DNA of 64,000 bases from an uncultured Alphaproteobacteria bacterium (GTDB lineage Bacteria; Pseudomonadota; Alphaproteobacteria; RF32; CAG-239). The stretch spans positions 21,123 through 85,122 of the forward strand of contig CALXTL010000006.1 in NCBI GenBank assembly GCA_944391445.1, given 5' to 3'. This document shows, one piece after another, positions 37,122-48,159 of this stretch. Below the pieces are notes generated by a model. That model saw nothing but the letters and a program-made list of their open reading frames with translations. It was not told where the DNA came from and made no database searches. The position numbers were made by a program, and so were the translations under genes. The first letter of the stretch is position 1; each line of letters starts with the position of its first letter.

Positions 37122-37709
37122 TTATGCTCGTCCCGAAAACTGGCTCAGGCGGACAACGTCAATTTTAAGCTCATCAAGAGCGCGTTGCCATTTTTCTTCA
37201 TCTTTCGTTTTAAAAACCAGATCTTCAGACGAGGGGGCCACCAACCAGTCGTCGGCCACAATTTCGCGTTCAAGCTGTCCCGGTGCCCAGCTTGCATAAC
37301 CCATGGCAATGATGGATTCTTTCGGACCGGCGCCTTTGGCAATGTCCGACAAAATATCAATTGATGATGAAACGGAAACTCCGCCGCCGGTTTCCACGCA
37401 GTCACCGCCATGATAATCGGTCGTATGCAGCACAAAACCGCGCACTTTGTCAACCGGTCCGCCATGATAAAGCGCCAGCGGCGGGATCGCATGGCCAAAG
37501 CTGACCGGCAATTGCATAACCAGATCAAGAAATGAATATTCGGTGATCTTGCGGTTGACAACAAATCCCATTGCGCCCTGTGGTGAATGTGCGCATAAAT
37601 AAACAACCGTATTCCTAAACCTTTCATCATCCAGCGAAGGCGAGGCCACCAGACATTTTCCCTGAAGATATGTAATCTTACTGTTATCCATAGAACGCAC
37701 CATTTTCAA
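37122..37709 (-). CDS. YqgE/AlgH family (UPF0301) protein
   Basis: 195 aa with 'GKCLVASPSLDDERFRNTVVYLCAHSPQGAMGFVVNR' and 'GYASWAPGQLEREI'. Confidence 0.8.
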   Translation of the reverse strand: MKMVRSMDNSKITYLQGKCLVASPSLDDERFRNTVVYLCAHSPQGAMGFVVNRKITEYSFLDLVMQLPVSFGHAIPPLALYHGGPVDKVRGFVLHTTDYHGGDCVETGGGVSVSSSIDILSDIAKGAGPKESIIAMGYASWAPGQLEREIVADDWLVAPSSEDLVFKTKDEEKWQRALDELKIDVVRLSQFSGRA

Positions 37710-37786
37710 ACTGATTATACTTGTATTCTACCATATTATATCGTAATTTAAAAACAAAATTTCAAACTTTTGCGAAGATTTATCTG

Positions 37787-40483
37787 ATGTTCCGCCTCTT
37801 GAAAGCCCTGTTTTTATGCCTATATCTGTCCTTTTTTCTGCCGCATTTCGCTGCCGCGCAGGAGCCGGCCGCTATAGATTTTGACGAAGATAAACTTCTG
37901 GTAAATTTGCGCCAGGAATATGAAAAGTACTGGGATGATGTCGATTTTTTTGATCACTCCTATCCGGGAGATGCTATTGAGGAAGATTTTATTGATGAAA
38001 TCATGGCTCGCCACCCGGAATATAAGATAGAAAATTCTGCTCTGCGCGAAAATCTGCTGCGCAAAACCATCAAAATCCGCCGTATTTATAAAAAGATCAA
38101 AAAAAAGGTACTGGATTATATCTTAAAACAAGATGTTCCGTTGATTGTGCCGGATGATCAGTATGAGTCAGGCAAGCCTGAAAAATATCGTCAGCCTGAA
38201 AAAGAAGGCGAGGCGGTAATTATCAAGGATTTTAAAAAAGTAATTGCTTATTCGCATAATCCGCGCGAGCAGGAGGCCTTTGCCGCCAAGCTGGCGCATG
38301 ACGCCGGGCTGTCCGATGCGTCGGAAACTCAGGCTCAAATGAAAAAAGCTCTGCTGGAGCGCGACTGGAAAACTTTGCTGACATACGGTTTGTTTGACGG
38401 GAAAGAGGTTTTGGACGATATGCGCGGTCTTGGCGCTTGGCAGGGGGAAAAAGGCGGTTTTCGGGCAAGAATTGTCAATTCGCTTAAAGTAGTTAATAAT
38501 CAAAACAACGTCTTGGGCGCTTTTCAGATCAGCATACCGCGGGAGCATTTTGTTCTGTTACGCGGTGCCGCGGGGTATAAGCCGCTGCAAATTGAGCTTA
38601 CGGGTATAGAGAATCTGGAAAATTTCCGGCTTAATTTCCCGCTGCCGCATCGGTTTTATCTCGGTGAAAAAAATTTGGCCGGATATGTCGGTATCATAAC
38701 CGTTCTTTTTCAGGCCGAAGTCATAGATACTTCCCGGCCGTTCCATCTGTCCGTGCGAGTTTCTGCCGATGTCTGCCATGACAAAAGCTGTCGTTTGACA
38801 ATCTTGGAACCTTTGTTGACGGTTGCGGCCGGTACGGAAAAAAATGCCGATTCTTCCGTAGGCTCGTTTTTACGGCTGATGACGCCGTTTTATCCTAAAA
38901 CACAAAGCAAAGATATGCGGATTGCTTCTTTTGAGGCGGAAGCCCCGTCTGCCGCAGAGCCGGTACAAATTGCACGCTTGGAGATAGAAACGGAAGAAAC
39001 GCCCACCAAAGTGGATGCCTTTATTTTGAATGAACCGGCTGATGCCTTTTCCGCCCCCTTAATTCGTCTAGACGGCAATCGTATTGTTTTGCGTTTTCGC
39101 AGCATAAAGGCTGGTACCGATTACATCGGCAAAGAATTTGATCTGTTACTGGCTTCTTCGCCGGAAGTATTGTTACGGCAAAAAGTTGTGCTGGAACCGC
39201 CCTCATTGCTCAGCAGTGAAAACCCGCGGCTGAATTTGGCAATGCTCTGGTTTGCTTTTCTGGGCGGATTATTACTGAATTTCATGCCTTGCGTTTTTCC
39301 GGTTTTGTCATTGAAAATATTGTCTTTCACCCGCTTTGGCGCTGTCAAATTGGAAAAAATCCGTCATGATTTTATCTTTACCATTATAGGTATCTTCAGT
39401 GCATTTGCTCTTTTGGGGGTGATGCTGATCACGCTCAAATATCTTGGCCGCGCTGTTGGTTGGGGCATGCAGTTTCAGAGTATCGGTTTCATCAGTTTTA
39501 TGGTCTTTGTTATAACTTTGTTCTTGGCTCAGGTAATGGGATTGGTTAATTTGCGGACGCCGGATTTCATCCTTCGTCTGGACAACAACCGCTATCGCGG
39601 CGAGAAAACAATGCCGTTTTTAAACGGCATGTTTCTGGTATTGCTCTCAACACCATGCACTGCACCGTATTTGGGAACAGCTCTTGGCTTTGCTCTGGCC
39701 GGAACGGCATCGGATATTGCGATTATTCTGAGCTTTATCGGCATAGGATTGGCTCTGCCATATATCCTGATTGCCGTTTATCCCGGTGCGGCTTATTATG
39801 TGCCAAGGCCCGGGCGCTGGATGCTGTGGGTTAAAGCCATAATAATCATCATGCTGTTGTTGACGCTGGTTTGGTTGATTTCATTACTGGCGGCGCAGTG
39901 CGGTGGCGGCATGATTTGGCGCAGTGCGCTGTGTGTTTTTTTGGTGTGGCTGGTTTTGTTCATCCGCAAAGTCCTGATTGAAGAATTGGAACGCCAAGTG
40001 CAGGATCCCGAAACTTTTTTGCAGATCCGCCGTATTTTTAATCTGTTGGCTCTGTTTTTGTTATTGCTGACAATCGGTATGGGAATTTATTCTGCCCGTT
40101 CGGCCGCCGCGGACAAAGAGCCGGCGCAAACTTCGATTGCTCAGCAAAACATTGATCGCGGCCGAATAGACGCACTGGTCAAAGAGGGCAATATTGTTTT
40201 GCTCAAGATCGGCGCCGACTGGTGTCTGACTTGCCATTATAATGATTTTATGTTGTTTGAGACCCCGAATATAAACGACTTGTTCGAACGATATCATGTT
40301 GTGCCGATTGAAGTAGATTGGAGCAGCTACAATCCGCAAGTTCTATCTTTCATGACGCGCTACGGCCGCCGCGGACTTCCTTTTTATGTTTTGTTTTCGT
40401 CTCGCGTGCCGGATGGTCAGGTTTTGCCGGAAATTTTATATGAGCGCCAGTTCGAGGAAATACTCAAGAATTTGACGTATTGA
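37787..40483 (+). CDS. DsbD/ScsB-family thiol:disulfide reductase (N-terminal periplasmic domain, TM core, C-terminal thioredoxin-like domain)
   Basis: TM-core cysteines '[11 protein letters not shown]' and '[10 protein letters not shown]', with a C-terminal 'DWCLTC'. ATG 37787 precedes the signal peptide. Confidence 0.75.
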   Translation: MFRLLKALFLCLYLSFFLPHFAAAQEPAAIDFDEDKLLVNLRQEYEKYWDDVDFFDHSYPGDAIEEDFIDEIMARHPEYKIENSALRENLLRKTIKIRRIYKKIKKKVLDYILKQDVPLIVPDDQYESGKPEKYRQPEKEGEAVIIKDFKKVIAYSHNPREQEAFAAKLAHDAGLSDASETQAQMKKALLERDWKTLLTYGLFDGKEVLDDMRGLGAWQGEKGGFRARIVNSLKVVNNQNNVLGAFQISIPREHFVLLRGAAGYKPLQIELTGIENLENFRLNFPLPHRFYLGEKNLAGYVGIITVLFQAEVIDTSRPFHLSVRVSADVCHDKSCRLTILEPLLTVAAGTEKNADSSVGSFLRLMTPFYPKTQSKDMRIASFEAEAPSAAEPVQIARLEIETEETPTKVDAFILNEPADAFSAPLIRLDGNRIVLRFRSIKAGTDYIGKEFDLLLASSPEVLLRQKVVLEPPSLLSSENPRLNLAMLWFAFLGGLLLNFMPCVFPVLSLKILSFTRFGAVKLEKIRHDFIFTIIGIFSAFALLGVMLITLKYLGRAVGWGMQFQSIGFISFMVFVITLFLAQVMGLVNLRTPDFILRLDNNRYRGEKTMPFLNGMFLVLLSTPCTAPYLGTALGFALAGTASDIAIILSFIGIGLALPYILIAVYPGAAYYVPRPGRWMLWVKAIIIIMLLLTLVWLISLLAAQCGGGMIWRSALCVFLVWLVLFIRKVLIEELERQVQDPETFLQIRRIFNLLALFLLLLTIGMGIYSARSAAADKEPAQTSIAQQNIDRGRIDALVKEGNIVLLKIGADWCLTCHYNDFMLFETPNINDLFERYHVVPIEVDWSSYNPQVLSFMTRYGRRGLPFYVLFSSRVPDGQVLPEILYERQFEEILKNLTY

Positions 40484-40925
40484 GTTCAGCGAAGTTTTTG
40501 GCTTGTCCGCGGGCCAGCGCATCCACGCGTTCATTTTCCGGATGTCCGTTGTGCCCTTTGACCCAGACCCATTTAACCTCATGCCCGTTGAGCAATGTAT
40601 CCAGTTGCTGCCAGAGCTCGATATTTTTGACCGGTGATTTTTTATTACTGGTACGCCAGCCGTTGTTTTTCCAGTTTGGCATCCATTCGTTGACGCCGTC
40701 CATCACATAACGACTGTCGGTATACAGAGTAATGCGACATTGTTTTTTTAGCGCTTTCAGGGCTTCGATAACGGCGGTCAGTTCCATACGATTGTTGGTG
40801 GTTGTCGGCGCCCCGCCGCTTAATTCTTTTTCGACCTCACCGCAGCGCAGAATAACACCCCAGCCGCCGGCTCCGGGATTGCCGGAGCATGCCCCGTCTG
40901 TATAAATCTCAATTTCCGGCATCAT
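40464..40925 (-). CDS. rnhA: ribonuclease HI
   Basis: '[17 protein letters not shown]', 'TNNRMEL', 'TDSRYV' and 'W.WVKGH.G...NE..D.LA'. Confidence 0.95.
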   Translation of the reverse strand: MMPEIEIYTDGACSGNPGAGGWGVILRCGEVEKELSGGAPTTTNNRMELTAVIEALKALKKQCRITLYTDSRYVMDGVNEWMPNWKNNGWRTSNKKSPVKNIELWQQLDTLLNGHEVKWVWVKGHNGHPENERVDALARGQAKNFAELNTSNS

Positions 40926-41989
40926 ACTTCCCCATGCACATAGTCATTAAAAAATTCATTCAGAAGCAGCGTTTCGTCATCGTCGCCGCGGATTACCCGG
41001 GCCACAAAAGAGCGCAATTTATTTTTCGGAACTTCAATTCGGAAATTATGTGGTGCGGCTTTATCAGCGCCGATCACGCCTTCAATCAAAAAATCATCGT
41101 CAATATAAGGTGAGAAAATCAGCTCCACATTGCAAAAGCGGATGATACCGCGTGGCGGCAGTCGCAGATCCGGACGTGTCATCAAATTAAGTTGGCCGCC
41201 GACGCCGGGCAGGGCATCCATCTGAGTATAATTACTGAAACGAACTTTGTTATATTCGCCGCCGTTTTGCGAAGTATAGCAGGACAAATAAAGTTCGCGG
41301 GCAATAACGTTGCTTTCGTTGGAAGCCTGAACGGAAAAAGAAAGTTTGACATATTGCGCCGGCGGATTGTCAATACTGTTCGGATAAAGGATGTCTTCAT
41401 CCACATTATCCAGCACTTCTAGTCGCCTTTCACCCATAATCAATTCGACATTTGGCTGCGGGCTGCGGCCAAACATTCCGGCAATCACCGCATAGGGAGC
41501 CGGCACATTATTTGAACCGGAACGGATATAAATGGCACTGTTGCTGGTGGTCATCAGCGGGGCAAGATCGCTTTTGGGAATATAGGTGGCCAGAAAACCG
41601 TCGCCGTTTTCATCACAGCTGACAATATGGTTGCGCACTTTGTTATGGCTGGGAATAGTACAGCCGGAAATAGCATTTTCAATCCAGCTTAAAAATCGGT
41701 GCACATTTTGCACTTTGACTTTGGCCTGAGCCACATCGCCGGCTTCCATATCGCGGGAACACTCCACCCCCCAAAGGATAACACCGCCTTCGGAATTGCC
41801 GAAACCGGAAATGGCTTTGGCCAGATTTTTGCGGTCATCGCGGTGCAAAGTGGTAAAATTTTTGCCGGAGGAGACAGCTTGCTTAAAATCAAGAAACAGC
41901 TCTTCCGTTTGCCGGTTCAGAATGAACTCGTCGATGGCGTCTTCTCCGAAATAAATCAGTTTTTGAAAAATATCTTCCGCTCTCGACAT
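40922..41989 (-). CDS. AlbA_2 (Schlafen-type divergent AAA/DNA-binding) domain protein with uncharacterised C-terminal domain
   Basis: N-terminal 'EELFLDFKQ...' and '[17 protein letters not shown]' are typical of AlbA_2. The C-terminal ~180 aa are unassigned. Its stop overlaps the rnhA start (ATGA). Confidence 0.6.
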   Translation of the reverse strand: MSRAEDIFQKLIYFGEDAIDEFILNRQTEELFLDFKQAVSSGKNFTTLHRDDRKNLAKAISGFGNSEGGVILWGVECSRDMEAGDVAQAKVKVQNVHRFLSWIENAISGCTIPSHNKVRNHIVSCDENGDGFLATYIPKSDLAPLMTTSNSAIYIRSGSNNVPAPYAVIAGMFGRSPQPNVELIMGERRLEVLDNVDEDILYPNSIDNPPAQYVKLSFSVQASNESNVIARELYLSCYTSQNGGEYNKVRFSNYTQMDALPGVGGQLNLMTRPDLRLPPRGIIRFCNVELIFSPYIDDDFLIEGVIGADKAAPHNFRIEVPKNKLRSFVARVIRGDDDETLLLNEFFNDYVHGEV

Positions 41990-42002
41990 GGCCGACCTCC
42001 CG

Positions 42003-42959
42003 TTAGACTGCCGGAGATTTGAATTTAACGTTTTCTACAGCTACTATAATATCATGAATCTTAAGATTCGCATAATGCTTTTTCAGAGCGTTGATAATTT
42101 CGCCGACGAGCTCTTCCGGGGCAGAAGCACCGGCGCTGAGGCCGATACTTGTTTGGCCTTCCAGCATATCCCATGGCATTTCGGAAACATCATCAATCAG
42201 ATAAGCCTGTTTGGCGCCGGCTTCCAGTGCAATTTTTTGCAACTGACGTGAATTGGATGAATTTTTCGAACCCACAACAATCATTATCGATGTATGGCGG
42301 ACAACTTCGCGAACGGCGGCCTGGCGATATGTTGTGGCATAGCAGGTATCGCTACCCGAAAGTGTATCTGTGTTGTGAAAGCGCTGCCGCAGAATAGCGC
42401 TGATTTGGACCACGTCTTCAATGGAAAGCGTCGTCTGAGTTACAATTCCGAGCGGTGCATTAACAGAAAAGTCAAGCGCTTCGGCCTCTTTCGTCGAACG
42501 GATAATCCGGCAGTTTGGGTATGAACCGATTTGTCCGGCAGTACCGATAATCTCCGGGTGGTCGGCCTTGCCGATAATGACGATGTTTTGGCCGTTTTCT
42601 GCCAGGCGGCGAATTTTTTTGTGTACTTTTTCCACCAGCGGGCAAGTGGCGTCAATCAGCTTCAGGCCAAGATCTTCGGCTTTGCGATACACATCAGCTG
42701 GAGCACCATGCGCGGAAATAATAACCGGTCGGCGGCAATCTCTGACTTCGGAAAAATCTTCTACAAAGACAACGCCGCGTCTGCGCAAAGAGTCAACCAC
42801 ATGCTTGTTATGGACGATTTCATGTCGGACATACACCGGTGCGCCATATTTTTGCAAGGCTTGCTCCACCAGATTGATCGCACGCCGGACGCCGCCGCAA
42901 AACCCGCGAGGCTGCGCCAGATAAAGGTCAAAAAAAGGAGCGCTTATTTTTTGAGACAT
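42003..42959 (-). CDS. ispH: 4-hydroxy-3-methylbut-2-enyl diphosphate reductase
   Basis: 318 aa with 'GFCGGV.RAI', 'HEIVHN', 'SAHG' and 'DATCPLV'. Confidence 0.95.
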   Translation of the reverse strand: MSQKISAPFFDLYLAQPRGFCGGVRRAINLVEQALQKYGAPVYVRHEIVHNKHVVDSLRRRGVVFVEDFSEVRDCRRPVIISAHGAPADVYRKAEDLGLKLIDATCPLVEKVHKKIRRLAENGQNIVIIGKADHPEIIGTAGQIGSYPNCRIIRSTKEAEALDFSVNAPLGIVTQTTLSIEDVVQISAILRQRFHNTDTLSGSDTCYATTYRQAAVREVVRHTSIMIVVGSKNSSNSRQLQKIALEAGAKQAYLIDDVSEMPWDMLEGQTSIGLSAGASAPEELVGEIINALKKHYANLKIHDIIVAVENVKFKSPAV

Positions 42960-44206
42960 AACTGGAGATCTTCATAATTCATGTGATGATCAACTGCGCC
43001 AAGCAGAGTGTAGGTCGGCACCGAGGAAAAAATTGTTTGCGCAATGGCAAGAATATCATCCAAAGTCACTTTTTCGATCCGTTCAACCATCTCTTCAATC
43101 GGGATAATCCGATGATAAATCAGATGCTGTCGAGCCAGCACTTCCGCAACCGAGGAAGAACTTTCCAAAGACATCAGCATGCTGGCTTTAAGCTGGGTTT
43201 TGGCACGCTCAAGCTCTTTAGGAAGGACTTTGTCATTGCAGACTTTTTTGATTTCATCAATAATAACCGGCATAAGAGTGGGCAGATCTTTGGCGCCCGT
43301 ACCGGCATAAATTCCAAACACGCCTTCCTGCGTATGCGAGCCGGTAAAACTGTAAACGGAATATACCAAACCGCGTTTTTCCCGAATTTCTTGGAACAAA
43401 CGTGAGGACATACCGCCGCCGAACAAAGTGGAAAATAAAACAATCGGATAATATTGTTCAGAAGCGTAAGGCACGCCCCGAAAGCCCAAAATCACATGAG
43501 CTTGTTCAATGGGACGCGATTCCAGATAAAAACCGCCGCTGTAATGCTGTTTTTCCGGTGTAAAGTTGACATTGGTGCGAATGCCGCTCATACGTTGCCG
43601 CACCATATTGACAAAACGCTCATGTTCAATATTGCCGACAGCGCAAACCACCATATTTTCAGCCGCATAATTACTCCGTAGATATTCCTGCAAAGTTTCC
43701 CGGGTGAAAGCGCGAACAATTTCTTTTGGACCAAGAATGGAGCGTCCGAGCGCCTGGTTTTGAAAAGCTTTTTCTTGAAAATAGTCGAAAATGATGTCGT
43801 CCGGGGTGTCGATGGTCTGTTTGATTTCCTGCACCACAACTTCGCGCTCTTTTTTAAGTTCTTCTTCCGGAAAGGTGGAATTGATCAAAGAATCAGCCAG
43901 CACGTCAAGTGCCAGTTCCGCATCATCCTTAAGCATTTTGGCATAATAAGCGGTAAACTCCCGGGACGTATAAGCATTTGATTGCCCGCCGACATCTTCA
44001 ATGGCTTCGGAGATATCCAGCGCGCTGCGTGTTTTGGTGCCCTTAAATGACATATGTTCCAGAAAATGCGAAATGCCGTTGACTTCCGGATGTTCATACG
44101 CCGACCCTGTCTTAACCCAAATTCCCAAAGAAACTGTTTCAAGCTGAGGGTTAGAAGATGTAATCACCCGCAGGCCATTGGCTAAAGTAGTAATTTTTGA
44201 CTGCAT
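42944..44206 (-). CDS. M16-family zinc peptidase (pitrilysin-like)
   Basis: Inverted zinc motif 'HFLEH' in 'GISHFLEHMSFKGT'. Confidence 0.85.
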   Translation of the reverse strand: MQSKITTLANGLRVITSSNPQLETVSLGIWVKTGSAYEHPEVNGISHFLEHMSFKGTKTRSALDISEAIEDVGGQSNAYTSREFTAYYAKMLKDDAELALDVLADSLINSTFPEEELKKEREVVVQEIKQTIDTPDDIIFDYFQEKAFQNQALGRSILGPKEIVRAFTRETLQEYLRSNYAAENMVVCAVGNIEHERFVNMVRQRMSGIRTNVNFTPEKQHYSGGFYLESRPIEQAHVILGFRGVPYASEQYYPIVLFSTLFGGGMSSRLFQEIREKRGLVYSVYSFTGSHTQEGVFGIYAGTGAKDLPTLMPVIIDEIKKVCNDKVLPKELERAKTQLKASMLMSLESSSSVAEVLARQHLIYHRIIPIEEMVERIEKVTLDDILAIAQTIFSSVPTYTLLGAVDHHMNYEDLQLCLKK

Positions 44207-44299
44207 AATTTGATAGATTCCGTTTTATTTTATAATGAATACTGCTATATATGATTTTAATTTATAGCTCATAATTCAAAAAAGGAAAGGATTTAATTT

Positions 44300-44986
44300 A
44301 TGGAAATGAAAATTCCGCGTTTTGCTGTTGTGCTGTCGGGTTGCGGCGTCTTTGACGGGACAGAAATTCACGAAGCGGTGTTGACCATGCTGGCCATTGA
44401 GCGAGCCGGAGCACAGTACCAGTGTTTTGCGCCGAATACCTGGCAAGCGCGGACGATTGATCACTTCACCGGCAACGCGATTGCCATTGCCGGAGATGAA
44501 GATAATCGTAATGTTTTAGCCGAGTCGGCACGTATTTGTCGTGGTCAGGTAAAAGATTTGGCAGAATTTCAGGCGCGTGATTTTGAAGGAATCGTTTTCC
44601 CCGGCGGTTTCGGTGCGGCGCTAAATCTGAGCAATTTTGCCGTCAAAGGGGCGGAATGCGAGGTAAATGAAGAGGTGCGCCGTGCCTTGGAGGAAAGTTA
44701 TCGCCAGGGGCTGGTCATCGGCGCCATGTGTATTGCGCCGGTTGTGATTGCCCGTGTTTTGGGCAAAGAGCACATCAGACTCACAATTGGCAATGATAAA
44801 AACACCGCCGCTGGTCTGGCTAAAATGGGAGCGCTCCCCGAAGAAAGAAAGGCCACGGAAGTCTGTGTGGATGAAGAGCATAAGATTGTGACCACGCCTT
44901 GTTATATGCTGGCCCGTTCCATGGTTGAAATTGCCGACGGCACGGCGAATCTTGTCAGTGAGATGTTAGACTTAATGGATTATTAA
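44300..44986 (+). CDS. elbB: ElbB-like DJ-1/PfpI-family protein
   Basis: 'AVVLSGCGVFDGTEIHEAV' and 'GAMCIAP'. Confidence 0.75.
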   Translation: MEMKIPRFAVVLSGCGVFDGTEIHEAVLTMLAIERAGAQYQCFAPNTWQARTIDHFTGNAIAIAGDEDNRNVLAESARICRGQVKDLAEFQARDFEGIVFPGGFGAALNLSNFAVKGAECEVNEEVRRALEESYRQGLVIGAMCIAPVVIARVLGKEHIRLTIGNDKNTAAGLAKMGALPEERKATEVCVDEEHKIVTTPCYMLARSMVEIADGTANLVSEMLDLMDY

Positions 44987-45004
44987 AGTCAACGCAAAAG
45001 AAAA

Positions 45005-45030
45005 CCCTTTCCCGAAAATTCGGGAAAGGG
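45005..45030. terminator. terminator hairpin between convergent genes
   Basis: CCCTTTCCCG-aaaatt-CGGGAAAGGG. Confidence 0.6.
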
Positions 45031-45043
45031 GGAAAATTAAGGA

Positions 45044-45850
45044 TTACTTGCCAAGGTTGATCATCGGGACTGAATTGCCCAGCATGTACTGCGGCAGTTT
45101 TCCGTCCCATTTAAGGACAGCCTCATATTCGGTCAGCCCTTTGTTCTTTGCCAAAGCTTGGGACTTAATCTCCATCGCTTCGGCCTCGGCTTTGGCGGTG
45201 ATAACCTTTTGTTCGGCTTCTTCTTGAATACGTTTGGTGTTATTGACCGCTTCCTGAGCTTTTTGCTCGGCAATCACTTTGTCTTCAATGGCGCCTTCAA
45301 ACTTATCGGAGTAATCAATATTGATAAATTGAAAACTGATATTTTGGAAGAAGCGCTTGTCAAGACGTTCCTGCAAACCGGCAATAACCGAAACCCGGGC
45401 ATTGTCCCTGTTGCTCACCAGATCTTGAGCCTGCCATTTTCCGATGACATCTTTCAAGACATCATTCAGAACAGGAATAATCTTTTTTGCCTCATAGTCT
45501 TGTCCGACCGTTTCATAGAGGATATGAACGTTAGTCGGATTCAGATCATAAGTAAAGGTATATTCCATCTCGGCTGTCTGCACATCCGACGTATAAGTGG
45601 ATGTCTTGGCCGTCATCTTTTGAGTCCGGATGTCCATCTCCACCATTGAGGAGATAAAAGGCCATTTGACACCCACGCCGTTAATGTAGGATTTTGGTTC
45701 GACCTTGCCCAGGGTAATGAGCACACCTCGGTGTCCTGGCGCAATTGAGTAAATACTCGCAAATAGGACGATAATGATAAACACAATACCAATACCGAAA
45801 GCTGCCCACTTCAGGATGTTTCTCAACTCGCTGTTTTTGAATTTTTCCAT
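45044..45850 (-). CDS. SPFH/prohibitin-family membrane protein
   Basis: N-terminal TM followed by an SPFH-like body and an Ala/Glu-rich coiled coil ('AEQKAQEAVNNTKRIQEEAEQK'). Confidence 0.75.
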   Translation of the reverse strand: MEKFKNSELRNILKWAAFGIGIVFIIIVLFASIYSIAPGHRGVLITLGKVEPKSYINGVGVKWPFISSMVEMDIRTQKMTAKTSTYTSDVQTAEMEYTFTYDLNPTNVHILYETVGQDYEAKKIIPVLNDVLKDVIGKWQAQDLVSNRDNARVSVIAGLQERLDKRFFQNISFQFINIDYSDKFEGAIEDKVIAEQKAQEAVNNTKRIQEEAEQKVITAKAEAEAMEIKSQALAKNKGLTEYEAVLKWDGKLPQYMLGNSVPMINLGK

Positions 45851-46233
45851 TTTACTTTGGGTTTTTTAGGTAATGCCGTTTTCGAAAAACTGTGGAATTT
45901 CTGCAAGACTGTTCGTGATAAAACAAAGTTTTTTTGACTTTAACTGATCCCTGAAGTGCGTGACTTCAAACTTAAAACAAGCGGGCGGTCCTGCGAAAGA
46001 CTCTTAGTCAAAAAAAACTTCTGATGCAACAAGCATTTTCATTATGAAGAACAGAATTCCAATTAACAAATATCAAATAAGCATATTTGCCATCCGTTGT
46101 GATCCAATTTTTGCATTACAAAATTAATATTAATAATTTGATTCAACGAGAAGTACCTTACCATATTTTAAATATCTGTACAACAAAAATTTGACAAAAA
46201 TGTCATTTTATGTCACGAAAAATATTTTTACGG

Positions 46234-47319
46234 TTACCGTTTCTTATCTTTGAAAATGGTTTTAACGGCACGTTTGGCCGAAAGATAAGCACTTTCCATA
46301 CAACAGGGATAATTCTGCATGGTCCAGTCACCGGCAAGAAACAGGTTGGGGTATTTGCCGTGCGCATTAGCGGGGCGTAAGCTGTTGGTGACCTCATCCT
46401 GAGAGATGGTGGCGTGTTTGTGGCAGAGAATTTTAAATGTCGGCACAAATGCAGAATTAACACCGCGCAATTTATCCAATTCTTTCCAGGTTTGTCTGGC
46501 CAGTTCTTGCAGATCCATAGCCAATGTGTCAGCCGCGGAAATCGTCACGGCAAGAATATCATCATTAACAAAAATCCAGTCGGCCAGACCATTAACCACG
46601 CCGATGAAATTGGCATTTCTGGGCAGAGTAATCTTTTGTGAGGTTTGGTAAAAAATATTGATAATTGCATGATGCGGCAATTCCGGTTCATTCATCAAAC
46701 GGGCATAACTCCGGTTGTCCACGGCCAGAATCACGACATCTTCAGGGCCGATCTCAATAATCTCGCTGCCAAAATTTAATTGCGCAACTTTGCAAAACTG
46801 AGAGTCGATTTTAAGCAGCTTGTGGTCAAACTTCAGTTCATCAACGGAAGATTGAAAAAAATTGGCAAATTTCTGTGACAAATTCTGCCGGGAGAAATAA
46901 AGTTTTCTTTTGCCGCCGGTCCAGGGAAAGGTCAGCCACAGGATCTTGCGGATAATATCACGGGCGATTTGCGAGGGCGGTGTGTTGCACATCGATTTCA
47001 GGACATGCGCCGCAAAACGCTGTATCTGCCCGGAGAGGATATCTTTTTCCGCATCCCAGAAATAAATCTGTTTTTCCCATTCCGTCCGACCGATAAAGCG
47101 CGCCATGTTTTTATTAGCGCCAATCAACGCATGTGTCGCGTTATCCAGCCGCCGGCCAAGATCTTTGTCATCATAAGAATAAGCACGTCCGCCGAGTTTA
47201 TGAGCAGCTTCATAAACCACGGTACGGATATTTTTATTTCTTTTTTTGATTTCATAAGCGCAAGCCAATCCGGCAATGCCGGCGCCGATAATATGATATG
47301 TCGGAATGGCGGCAGACAC
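46234..47319 (-). CDS. hpnE: hydroxysqualene dehydroxylase (FAD-dependent)
   Basis: N-terminal 'IIGAGIAGLACA' dinucleotide fold. It follows hpnC-hpnD. Confidence 0.7.
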   Translation of the reverse strand: MSAAIPTYHIIGAGIAGLACAYEIKKRNKNIRTVVYEAAHKLGGRAYSYDDKDLGRRLDNATHALIGANKNMARFIGRTEWEKQIYFWDAEKDILSGQIQRFAAHVLKSMCNTPPSQIARDIIRKILWLTFPWTGGKRKLYFSRQNLSQKFANFFQSSVDELKFDHKLLKIDSQFCKVAQLNFGSEIIEIGPEDVVILAVDNRSYARLMNEPELPHHAIINIFYQTSQKITLPRNANFIGVVNGLADWIFVNDDILAVTISAADTLAMDLQELARQTWKELDKLRGVNSAFVPTFKILCHKHATISQDEVTNSLRPANAHGKYPNLFLAGDWTMQNYPCCMESAYLSAKRAVKTIFKDKKR

Positions 47320-47325
47320 GTTTGG

Positions 47326-48159
47326 CTACTTTCCGAAGAAGGCCTTAAGCGCAAGATAAAGTTTGGAGGAACGAGCGACTTTGGGTTTGGGAGAAATAAC
47401 TTCCCAGCCTCGTTTTTCCATAATATCAAAATAGCGCTTGTATATATAGGCAATTGCTTTAACCGGCCGGGCGGTTTTTTTATCCAGTTTTTTGATCAGT
47501 TCAAAGGCCTTGGTATAGTTTTGCTCCGCCACCGAGGCCAATTCCTGTCGTGCTCGCACCAGATTCTTATGCACGACGGCACTAAGCGGATCCGTTGTTT
47601 CAATACCGGCTTTTTGTAAAAACTCTGCCGGAATGTACAGCCTTTGCAGCAGGGCATCTTCTTTGACATCGCGCAAAATATTAGTCAGTTGCAGAGCCGT
47701 GCCAAGTGAGGTGGCTAGTTCTTCAATCAGTTTCGGATCTGTGCAGCCGAAAATTCTGAGCGATAAATTCCCCGGCACGCCGGCAACGCCGCGGCAATAT
47801 TGCAGCAGCCGCTGTAAACTCGGAGCCTGAATCGGCTGCGGCAGATCCATGGAAATACAGTCAATCAGCCGGATAAATTCTTCTTTCGGCAGTTTAAAAC
47901 GCATGCAGTTTTTGTATATTTTGCGGCCGATATCCGTTGTTGGCACTTTTTTATCATAAATATTGTCAATCTCTTGGCGCCAGGCAGCCAGAAGATCAAG
48001 CTTTTCTTCCACGGGAGCATTGCCGTCGACAATATCGTCGATATGCCGGAAGAAAGCATAAATTGTATACATGGCATTCCTTTTGGCAGAGGGAAGCAGG
48101 CGCATCCCCCAAAAAAAAGAAGTGCCGGATTTTTTAACCATTTTCTGAATATTGTTCAT
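47326..48159 (-). CDS. hpnD: presqualene diphosphate synthase
   Basis: 'SFFWGMRLLPSAKRNAMYTIYAFFRHIDDIVD' is the squalene/phytoene synthase fold. ATG 48159 overlaps the hpnC stop (ATGA). Confidence 0.75.
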   Translation of the reverse strand: MNNIQKMVKKSGTSFFWGMRLLPSAKRNAMYTIYAFFRHIDDIVDGNAPVEEKLDLLAAWRQEIDNIYDKKVPTTDIGRKIYKNCMRFKLPKEEFIRLIDCISMDLPQPIQAPSLQRLLQYCRGVAGVPGNLSLRIFGCTDPKLIEELATSLGTALQLTNILRDVKEDALLQRLYIPAEFLQKAGIETTDPLSAVVHKNLVRARQELASVAEQNYTKAFELIKKLDKKTARPVKAIAYIYKRYFDIMEKRGWEVISPKPKVARSSKLYLALKAFFGK

